Positions 1-7,334 of a DNA stretch of 38,232 bases are shown here, one piece after another; within the stretch, counting starts at the first letter, position 1; every line of letters begins with the position of its first letter. The position numbers were made by a program, and so were the translations under genes. The notes under the pieces are model-generated. The model was not told the DNA's origin. It was given only the letters and a program-made list of their open reading frames with translations, and did not search any database. Origin of the DNA: Methanobacteriota archaeon (GTDB taxonomy: Archaea > Hydrothermarchaeota > Hydrothermarchaeia > Hydrothermarchaeales > JACRDW01); assembly GCA_043820925.1 (NCBI GenBank), contig JBDRDL010000002.1, positions 1 to 38,232 of the forward strand. The letters are read 5' to 3'.

Positions 1-520
1 TCCAAAAATTTAGTGGCGAAAAATGCCCAAGTGCATCTATATTGCGTTTTGTTTTTATCAAGTAATTGTCAATTATTAATAGCATATATCCGTTTTTTTT
101 AATGACCCGCTTCATCTCAAGGACGGCTTTTTTCGGTTCTAATAAATGATCCAGAGTAGATGAACATAAAATTAAATCAAATGAATGTTTTTTAAAAGGC
201 AAAGTTTCAGCATCACCCATCATAATTTCTCCTCTGCTCATTAGGTCGGCTGACCTTTTTAACCTGACTATAGATATATCTAGGGCCGTAACGTTGCCGT
301 ATTTTTCTAATTTTTTAGTTAAGTTCCCATCTCCACAACCAACGTCAAGAATCCTCAAGTCGGATAAATCTTTCACTATCTCAGCCAACGCTTTGTCGAG
401 TATTTCTGCCATTTTATTGAAAAGCCATCTTACTCCCTTATTTTTGCTTAGATAGTAGGAGGAATGAGGAGTTTTTCGTGCGCTTTGCTCGTAAAATAAT
501 TTAATGTCTTTTTTCTCCAT
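1..520 (-). CDS. Class I SAM-dependent methyltransferase (Methyltransf_11-like), runs off the window edge
   Basis: Manual translation from ATG at 520: MEKKDIKLFYEQ...LRILDVGCGDG...ALDIS...GDAETLPFKKHSFDLI...LDHL; no stop before position 1; overlaps the upstream gene by 20 nt. Confidence 0.8.
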   Translation of the reverse strand, partial: MEKKDIKLFYEQSARKTPHSSYYLSKNKGVRWLFNKMAEILDKALAEIVKDLSDLRILDVGCGDGNLTKKLEKYGNVTALDISIVRLKRSADLMSRGEIMMGDAETLPFKKHSFDLILCSSTLDHLLEPKKAVLEMKRVIKKNGYMLLIIDNYLIKTKRNIDALGHFSPLNFW

Positions 521-1136
521 AAAAATACACCGCCGAAGCTAATTCAAAAGCATTTTTTTCATTGATAAACTTGTCCAAATACTTCAAGGGGCTTAAAACT
601 ACTGCTAGCATCGCCCTAACTAGAGCTGAAAAGAAATTATCGCCGAAAAGTGCCCTTGGGTACTCCATCAATATCCAAGTTACTGTGCTCCCTGGACCTA
701 TACATACCCCAGAATCTATCCTTTTAAAGTCTTTAAATAGCTCCTCAATTCCATCCTTCGTTGTCCTCCAGTAATCTTTTGGAGCGGCGTGAAAAGGTTC
801 CAAGAAAGGTATTTCACAGTAGATGAGGCCAGCATTCCTTAAAACCCTCCAAGTCTCTAAGATAACCTCGCTAGGGTTTTTAACATGTTCTAGGACTGTT
901 ATTAAGACTACTCCATCGGCGCATTCATTTTTGAAAGGCAGATGGTGGACATCTGCAATTATGTCTACTTCATTACCACGGAGTATGTACACATTTATTG
1001 CATGTGGTATAGGGCGCGAGTCTCCAGAACCCAAATTTAAAATGATTTTACCCTTTGTTTCATTAGAAATCCGCTCTAGATAATTCCTTATATTCAGAGT
1101 GGGGTGAAATAATCCGCCGCGTCCTCTAAGTTTCAC
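501..1136 (-). CDS. Class I SAM-dependent methyltransferase (glycosylation-cluster type)
   Basis: ILNLGSG motif I, ADVHHLPF, VLEHV, PFHAAPKDYWR motifs. Confidence 0.8.
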   Translation of the reverse strand: MKLRGRGGLFHPTLNIRNYLERISNETKGKIILNLGSGDSRPIPHAINVYILRGNEVDIIADVHHLPFKNECADGVVLITVLEHVKNPSEVILETWRVLRNAGLIYCEIPFLEPFHAAPKDYWRTTKDGIEELFKDFKRIDSGVCIGPGSTVTWILMEYPRALFGDNFFSALVRAMLAVVLSPLKYLDKFINEKNAFELASAVYFYGEKRH

Positions 1137-1176
1137 GGCATTCCTCCTGCATTAGCTTTGCCCATAATTTTTACAA

Positions 1177-1305
1177 TTAATCCACAAAGCTTCTGGGACC
1201 TCTCTTTTTAGTTAGATACTTTGAAAAATACCCAGCGACAGATGAAATCACGACGAGCAGAGATATCCAGGCTACGCCTCTCGCAAAGGTTCTAGCAATT
1301 CTCAT
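1177..1305 (-). pseudogene. Truncated N-terminus of a Wzx/MOP-type oligosaccharide flippase
   Basis: 42-aa ORF MRIARTFARGVAWISLLVVISSVAGYF... resembles the first helix of flippases, then stops. Confidence 0.5.
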
Positions 1306-1327
1306 TGGTTGAATGCTCTTTCCTATG

Positions 1328-1552
1328 CTAATTTATACTTTTGCCTTTGCTCACATCTCTATCAATTTTATCTGCGAACTTCTTCGCTCCTGTAGTAAAG
1401 CCGCCTTTGGAGATGAAAAACAGCCTTTTGTTTTTGGTGGCAAATTCTGATGTTCCTACTTTCTCTAAAAACTTCTCCGCGTCTCTGTAGCCGGTAGGTC
1501 TATTCCTCCACTTTATCTCGAATATATACGCTATGCCTTCTTTCTTGTACAT
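1328..1552 (-). pseudogene. Orphan C-terminal PD-(D/E)xK nuclease-like fragment (DUF234-type ATPase tail)
   Basis: FEIKWRN and FFISKGGFT..AKKFA motifs with no N-terminal ATPase domain. Confidence 0.6.
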
Positions 1553-1588
1553 ATTTGGCCTTGCCCAGTATGAATGCGCTGAATTTGC

Positions 1589-2062
1589 TCACTCTCTAAA
1601 AGGTTTGATGCCCTCTCTCAGAACCCACGGCATAACTGGATTGACAACCTCAGCATACCTAAAGTGTTCATGCTGGAAGTGGTCGTCTGCTGAATAAATC
1701 CTCTCCACGATATTCTTCAGGGGATACGCCACGAGGTAATCGTAGACATGGATATGCGACTTCGCAGCGTCTTTTAGAGCGTCTCTTACTGCATCAAATG
1801 TCAAGTCTTTTACAAAAAATTTCCCTGTGTCAAAGTCTTTAATGAGCCCCTCCCTTGTTTTCAGGTCAACTCCGGATCTCCTGAGGACTTCTATTATCTC
1901 CCCTGCTTGATAGGCGCTCATGGCAACTCGAATATCTTTATCAGCGAGGAGTTCCTCAAAAGTATCTTTCGCCAACAGGTGTATCTCCACAAATTCATCT
2001 TCCGTGGGCTTGACGAAGGCGAAGTGCCATATATTGGTGTCGATGAGTATGTAGCTAGGCAT
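1589..2062 (-). CDS. PIN-domain (VapC-like) toxin
   Basis: ILIDTN start, YDYLVAY, IYSADDHF acidic PIN motifs; overlaps the antitoxin stop. Confidence 0.85.
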   Translation of the reverse strand: MPSYILIDTNIWHFAFVKPTEDEFVEIHLLAKDTFEELLADKDIRVAMSAYQAGEIIEVLRRSGVDLKTREGLIKDFDTGKFFVKDLTFDAVRDALKDAAKSHIHVYDYLVAYPLKNIVERIYSADDHFQHEHFRYAEVVNPVMPWVLREGIKPFRE

Positions 2063-2279
2063 CCTCAACTACCTCCGCCTTCACCATCTCCGCTATGCTT
2101 ACTTCCGGTCTTGGTTTCTTAAGAGCGCGAAGGGCGCTGAGACTCTCAGGCTGCGCTGGTCGAATCCTGATTTCATCGCCAACTACTACTGCCTCGCATT
2201 CGCCTCCTTCTAAGAGGTTTACTCTCTCCCTGACCTCTTTCGGCAGGTAAACTTTACCGGCAACCACTTTTACTTTCAT
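2055..2279 (-). CDS. AbrB/MazE/SpoVT-family antitoxin
   Basis: GKVYLPKEVRERVNLLEGGE...GDEIRIRP swapped-hairpin pattern; start taken at MKVKVV after a GG-rich RBS. Confidence 0.8.
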   Translation of the reverse strand: MKVKVVAGKVYLPKEVRERVNLLEGGECEAVVVGDEIRIRPAQPESLSALRALKKPRPEVSIAEMVKAEVVEDA

Positions 2280-2657
2280 TTTTACCACCAATACTACCAA
2301 AAATTTTACCATTGTAAAAATAGTTGTTATTCTTTTGGTCATAGACAGGCACGTATGGTTTAATGTCAAGCAAAGTCAACACCATTGGATTCGGTCTGAG
2401 ATGAGTATTCTGGTTTGTGCTGCTCTTTATACTAATCGCCCCCACCTATTACCTCTAGCGGAGTCGCCTGTCCCGTATCAGCAAGTTTCTGAGCAGAGCA
2501 TACGTGAGTAGATTATCTCCGGTTTCTTGGCGGGAGCTTGTCAGGCGGCTGAAAAATTTGGTTTTAACGATTCCTAAAACAGGCAAAAGATGGGTGCTTT
2601 AATGAGATAGCCTGGAATGCTGGAAAGCTCAGAAAAGGAATGGAGTAAAATCTTTGC

Positions 2658-2740
2658 TCAAAACACTTTCTCCATATCTTTCATGCCAAAGCACAGGGCA
2701 TCTTCGGTTTTATTTGCAAATGATTTGGCAATTATGCCAA
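2658..2740 (-). pseudogene. Possible 3' remnant of a DUF234-type ATPase gene
   Basis: Alternative frame reads FGIIAKSFANKTEDALCFGMKDMEKVF*, similar to C-termini of that family. Confidence 0.3.
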
Positions 2741-4066
2741 ATATCCCAAAAGCAGCCACTTCCACAGCGGCACGTGCTGAACAATATTATCGCCAATTTT
2801 TGCAGCTCCATCATAATCCTCTGTTATTACGAAACCTTCCTTCAATTTGAATTCCTTCATCGCTTTTAGCAGACTTTTGATTTCTCTTTCTTTTGTTTTT
2901 AAATCGCTGATATTCCAGCAAGCCTGGATTAGCTGCTTAACATTTAAACCTTCTTTGATTACAAAGTCAACTTCCCTGCCCTCTTTATCCTTCCAGTAAA
3001 AAATTCTTGCAAGCGGATTAGAAGAATAATTTCTCCTTAACTCTATAAAAACCAGGTTTTCAGCAAGTCTTCCAAAATCCTCTGAAATCTTTGGGATGGC
3101 GACTTTAAAAAATCCATTATCTATGCAGTAAATTTTCACTGGATATCTCAAAGCGTCTTTAATTTTGTAAGAAAATATTGGAACTGAAAAGAAGAGAAAA
3201 ACCTGATTAAAATAGGAAAAATATTCTATCAAAGTTTGCTTGCCAACTTTTATTCCTTGTGATTTAAAGAACTTATAGGCTTTTGAAAAGCTGAAGGGAG
3301 AAGAAATGCATGAAAAAAGATAATTCACTAAATTTTCGAGCAAAACCCTGTTTTTAATTTTGTATCGAGATAAAACGTCTCTATTTATTATGCCGTCCAA
3401 ATACTCCCGCAGGAGGGTTAATTTAATATTTTCTTTCTCAGCCAAAACGCATTCAGGAAAACCACCCAGCTCCAAATACTCTCTAAAGAGCTTTTTTATC
3501 TCATGAATTTTTGGAGAGTAGAATAAAAGCTTATCTTTTAGTTCTTTCTCATATCCCTTAGCTTTCAAGAATTCCCTGAAAGAGAAAGGATACATCTCCA
3601 GAGTTATTATTCTCCCTGTTAGCAGAGCTGAGAGTTCAGATTTTAGAATTTTCGAGGAAGAGCCTGAAACAAAAAACTTTACGTTATTTTTGTCATAGAA
3701 ATTTCTCACAAACCTTTCCCATGAAGGAACATTTTGAACCTCATCCAGGAAAAAGAACATCTTTTCCTTCTTATCATAGTCAAAATTTTCTACAAATGCC
3801 TCGTAAATTATGTCTAAGCTTTTTTCGGTCAGCGGCATGAGGCGGCGATCTTCAAGATTAACATAAACTATGTTTCCTTTCTTTGCAATTTCTTTTATTA
3901 ATTGAAACATGAAAAAAGTCTTCCCTGCTCTTCTAGCGCCTACTATGCCGAGACATTCCTTTAAGGGAATAAAATCTTTATAACCTACTTCCCTCTCAAT
4001 CATTTCTGGCAGGTCGCTTTCAAACCATTCCTTTAAAACAACTAACGCATTTTCTCTTTCAGCCAT
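2732..4066 (-). CDS. ATP-binding protein, COG1373 (AAA_14 + DUF4143)
   Basis: GARRAGKT Walker A, FFLDEVQ Walker B, SGSSS, GGFPE, KIYCIDNG, EVDFV. Confidence 0.92.
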   Translation of the reverse strand: MAERENALVVLKEWFESDLPEMIEREVGYKDFIPLKECLGIVGARRAGKTFFMFQLIKEIAKKGNIVYVNLEDRRLMPLTEKSLDIIYEAFVENFDYDKKEKMFFFLDEVQNVPSWERFVRNFYDKNNVKFFVSGSSSKILKSELSALLTGRIITLEMYPFSFREFLKAKGYEKELKDKLLFYSPKIHEIKKLFREYLELGGFPECVLAEKENIKLTLLREYLDGIINRDVLSRYKIKNRVLLENLVNYLFSCISSPFSFSKAYKFFKSQGIKVGKQTLIEYFSYFNQVFLFFSVPIFSYKIKDALRYPVKIYCIDNGFFKVAIPKISEDFGRLAENLVFIELRRNYSSNPLARIFYWKDKEGREVDFVIKEGLNVKQLIQACWNISDLKTKEREIKSLLKAMKEFKLKEGFVITEDYDGAAKIGDNIVQHVPLWKWLLLGYLA

Positions 4067-4144
4067 GTTGTTCTATTTGCAGAACGAATTTAAATACTTT
4101 TTGTTTTGTAAATAAAACATAAATAGGATAAATACTGCTTGCAC

Positions 4145-4201
4145 CAGCATGAAATATAATGTGCCTCTTGCTAAAGCGCCAGTATTAACTCTTTCTATTT
4201 T
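4145..4201 (-). repeat. Flippase-like 5'-end fragment, copy 1 (ALARGTLYFMLVQ)
   Basis: Imperfect direct repeat of 5535-5591; differences within ALARGTLYF are synonymous. Confidence 0.65.
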
Positions 4202-5475
4202 TGTAGCAGCCACTTCCACAGCAGCTTATAAACTATTTTTTTGCCTTTTGTTACTTCTTCTCCTTCAAAATCTCCAGTTATTATTAAGCCTTCTTTTATT
4301 TTGAATTCTTCCATGGCCTCTGCTATGCCGTTAATTTCTCTCTCTTTATTTTCTTCTGTTAGCTCAGAACAAACTTGTATGACCTCTTTAATTTTTTCAC
4401 CTTTTTTGACCAAAAAATCACATTCGTACTTATTCTTCCAATAGTATACTTCTTTTCCTCTTCTTTTAAGTTCAATAAAAACCACATTTTCGTATAATCT
4501 GCCAATATCTTTAGAGACTTTAAAGGCAGTCGCGTTTATCAAACCTGTATCAATAACATAAACCTTTTTGGGATTTGCAAACTGCTCCTTCAGTTTGCCG
4601 TATTTTGGAACCAAAAAGACAGAGTTTATGTCTGTCATACAGGATATATATGTAAATAAAGTGTTTTTGCTTATTCTTTTCCCTTGAGATTTCAAAAGCT
4701 TATAATATTTATTTGTTGAAAAATACGAAGAGAAGTTGTTTATAAGATATAAAAGCATTTCCTTTACAATGCCAAAGTTTCTTATCTTGTATCTTTCTAC
4801 CAAATCCTTGTAAAAAATTAGGTCAAAATACTCCTGTAGAATTTTAGTTTTAAGCGTCTGATCTTTATCTGCGATTTCTGGAAATCCACCAAACTCTATA
4901 TACTCTTGAACCAATTTTTTTATTTTATAGCGGAGTGGTTTATATTCAAGGTGTCTCTCCAAAGTTACGCCTTTGGCTTTTAAAAATTCTTTGAAAGAGT
5001 AGGGAAAAATAAAGTATGTTAGCGTTCTACCTCTTAACTGGGTTGCTATCTCCTTGCTCAGCAGTTTTGAACTTGACCCAGTAATACAAAGTTCTACATT
5101 TTCTTGATCATAAACTCTTCTAACAAAAAACTGCCAGAAGGGGGCTGCCTGTATCTCATCGAAAAAAATGTAAAGCTTCTTGCCCTTATTCTCTGGATAA
5201 AGCTCGTAATAAGCTTCTAAAATCATATCAAGTTCTTCTTTTTTAATTGGTAAAAGTCTCTCATCCTCAAAGTTAAGATATATAATCTTATCTTTAAAAT
5301 TTTTGGTCTTAAGTCGATTTATATTTTGGTAAATAAAAAATGTTTTTCCGGCTCTTCGAGAACCGATTATGCTGTTTATCTTGCCTACGAAGCGAATTTC
5401 TAGATCCCTCTCCACTAACTTTACGTCTCGCTCCTGAGCCAAAATTATAAGCTTCTTTATCGTCTCCTTATCCAT
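4195..5475 (-). CDS. ATP-binding protein, COG1373 (AAA_14 + DUF4143), second paralogue
   Basis: GSRRAGKT, FFDEIQ, TGSSS, GGFPE, KVYVIDTG, ECDF. Confidence 0.92.
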   Translation of the reverse strand: MDKETIKKLIILAQERDVKLVERDLEIRFVGKINSIIGSRRAGKTFFIYQNINRLKTKNFKDKIIYLNFEDERLLPIKKEELDMILEAYYELYPENKGKKLYIFFDEIQAAPFWQFFVRRVYDQENVELCITGSSSKLLSKEIATQLRGRTLTYFIFPYSFKEFLKAKGVTLERHLEYKPLRYKIKKLVQEYIEFGGFPEIADKDQTLKTKILQEYFDLIFYKDLVERYKIRNFGIVKEMLLYLINNFSSYFSTNKYYKLLKSQGKRISKNTLFTYISCMTDINSVFLVPKYGKLKEQFANPKKVYVIDTGLINATAFKVSKDIGRLYENVVFIELKRRGKEVYYWKNKYECDFLVKKGEKIKEVIQVCSELTEENKEREINGIAEAMEEFKIKEGLIITGDFEGEEVTKGKKIVYKLLWKWLLQK

Positions 5476-5534
5476 GCTTTACATGCAGGGAAAGTTATTT
5501 ATAAATCTTTCCCTCTTTATAAGGTAATTTGCAC

Positions 5535-5591
5535 AAATATAAAATATAATGTACCTCTTGCCAAAGCGTCCATATTGGCGCCTTTCTATTT
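5535..5591 (-). repeat. Flippase-like 5'-end fragment, copy 2 (MDALARGTLYFIFVQ)
   Basis: Imperfect direct repeat of 4145-4201. Confidence 0.65.
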
Positions 5592-5603
5592 TTTCTGCGT
5601 CCT

Positions 5604-5670
5604 CATAAAATCGCTGATATCCCAGCATGTTTAGTTTCTTTGTTTAGGGCGATGAGGTCGATTTCAATAA
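5604..5670 (-). pseudogene. Micro-remnants of ATPase/nuclease genes
   Basis: EIDLIALNKETK (DUF234-like motif) followed by TGCTGGGATATCAGCGATTT, nearly identical to the CWNISD-coding stretch at 2901-2920. Confidence 0.4.
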
Positions 5671-5674
5671 ACAT

Positions 5675-6604
5675 TTAAAACCAGCCAATAAACTTTCTCA
5701 ATCCATCGTCGATGCTTATTTTCGGCTTCCATCCAAGCTCTTTCTCTGCCTTGCTCACGTTCGCAAGCGTGTGCTCTGCATCACCTTTTACGTTTTGAGA
5801 ATATATTATTTTTGACCTGCTCTTTGTAATTTCGATTATTTTTTTCGCCAGCTCATTTATGCTTATCCTTGTACCGCCTCCAACGTTATATGCCTCACAG
5901 TTTCCCTTTTCCATTGCTGTTAGAGTGGCACTGACAGCGTCATCAATATAAGTAAAATCTCTTGTTTTTGTGCCGTCTCCAAAGATTTCGATGGGTTCAT
6001 TGCTCAGTGCTTTTTTTGCGAATATCGAAATCGCTAAGTCAGGGCGCATTCTCGGACCGTAGACTGTAAAGTAGCGCAGCGAAGTTACCCTCAGGCCGTA
6101 CAGCTCGCAAAACGTCCTGCAGTAGTGTTCAGCAGCTAATTTTGAGGCTCCATAAGGGGAGACAGGATTCTTTGGATGCTCTTCGTCGAAGGGGAGATAC
6201 TCTACTTTTCCATATACCGAGGAGGAAGAAGCATTGACAATTTTTTTTACGCTGGAATTTAGAACAGCTTCAAGGATATTCAGAGTTCCGGTTGTATTTA
6301 CTTCGTGCACTTTTCTCGGGTCACTTACAGAAGCTCTTACTCCTGCCTGGGCTGCCTCGTGGATGATATAGTCTATGCTTTCTTCACCGAGAATTCGTTT
6401 TATTAATTCCACGTCCCTTATATCGCCCTCGATTAGCTTGAAGTTTTTATTTTTCGAGGCAGGTTTTATGTTACTATGTTTTATCGCTGGGTCGTAATAT
6501 GCGTCGAAGTTATCTAGACAAATAACCTCCTTTCCCTCTGTTAGCAACCTATCCACAACATGCGAGCCTATAAATCCTGCGCCGCCTGTTACCAGAATTT
6601 TCAT
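5675..6604 (-). CDS. NAD-dependent nucleotide-sugar epimerase/dehydratase (extended SDR)
   Basis: TGGAGFIG, AAQAGV, SSSSVYG, YGASK, RYFTVYGP, RDFTYIDD. Confidence 0.95.
   Translation of the reverse strand: MKILVTGGAGFIGSHVVDRLLTEGKEVICLDNFDAYYDPAIKHSNIKPASKNKNFKLIEGDIRDVELIKRILGEESIDYIIHEAAQAGVRASVSDPRKVHEVNTTGTLNILEAVLNSSVKKIVNASSSSVYGKVEYLPFDEEHPKNPVSPYGASKLAAEHYCRTFCELYGLRVTSLRYFTVYGPRMRPDLAISIFAKKALSNEPIEIFGDGTKTRDFTYIDDAVSATLTAMEKGNCEAYNVGGGTRISINELAKKIIEITKSRSKIIYSQNVKGDAEHTLANVSKAEKELGWKPKISIDDGLRKFIGWF
6565..6604 (-). repeat. 40-bp exact direct repeat (functional epimerase start)
   Basis: agcctataaatcctgcgccgcctgttaccagaattttcat identical at 7295-7334. Confidence 0.95.
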
Positions 6605-6623
6605 GCGAATACCTCTAAGGGAA

Positions 6624-7043
6624 TTATTTAAATCCCAAGTCTTCTGGAGTGAGGGTATTGATTTCCTCTATCCTCTCAAAGTGCTCTGTATTTCTCGTTA
6701 CCAAATCCGAAATCCCTAAAGAAAGAGATGTAGCTGCAATTAGGCAGTCATTCAGTTCTATTTCCTGTCCTTCTTTGACCAACTTGGAATAGATATTCCC
6801 GCCTTGCATCGCAATCTCTCTATTCAAATCGACTATAGAAACAAGAGATAATAATTCCAGAGTTTTTTCTAGGGCATCCGTCCTAGGAGAGAGATATGCT
6901 CCAACACTAAGCTCGGCTACGGTGATTGTAGAAGCAAACCCCTGATTTCCCTTCTGGAGGCTCTTGAAGAGGGACTTTGAAGAAGATACTGGTTTCAGTT
7001 TGAGGTTATCCACAAAAATTGAAGTATCGATAAAGAATCTCAT
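6624..7043 (-). CDS. PIN-domain (VapC-like) toxin
   Basis: FIDTSIFVD, TITVAEL, DCLIAAT, LVTRNTEHF. Confidence 0.9.
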   Translation of the reverse strand: MRFFIDTSIFVDNLKLKPVSSSKSLFKSLQKGNQGFASTITVAELSVGAYLSPRTDALEKTLELLSLVSIVDLNREIAMQGGNIYSKLVKEGQEIELNDCLIAATSLSLGISDLVTRNTEHFERIEEINTLTPEDLGFK

Positions 7044-7240
7044 CTCGCCCAGCTCAACCGCTTTGACTTGCGCAATTTTTCAACAAAATCTTTGCTGTCT
7101 ACTTCATATCCCCAAGCTCCTGCTGTGGATTCTGCTACGTCTTTTAGAGATTTCTTTTTGAATTCTTGTACCATCTTCAAAATGAAATGAAGTTCTTCAT
7201 CCAATTTGATTAGTTTTTCTTCCACTTTGGATAACGACAT
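7040..7240 (-). CDS. Putative antitoxin (VapB-like)
   Basis: Small ORF with GAW motif and FVEKLRK tail; ATGA overlap with the PIN gene; start after GGTGAG RBS. Confidence 0.7.
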   Translation of the reverse strand: MSLSKVEEKLIKLDEELHFILKMVQEFKKKSLKDVAESTAGAWGYEVDSKDFVEKLRKSKRLSWAR

Positions 7241-7259
7241 GGCGCTCACCGCCAATAAT

Positions 7260-7334
7260 TTATTTTTTTGTATATATATCTTCCGCGGCATATAAGCCTA
7301 TAAATCCTGCGCCGCCTGTTACCAGAATTTTCAT
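7260..7334 (-). pseudogene. Truncated duplicate of the epimerase 5' end (MKILVTGGAGFIGLYAAEDIYTKK*)
   Basis: First 40 nt identical to 6565-6604; ATG overlaps the aglB stop (ATGA). Confidence 0.85.
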
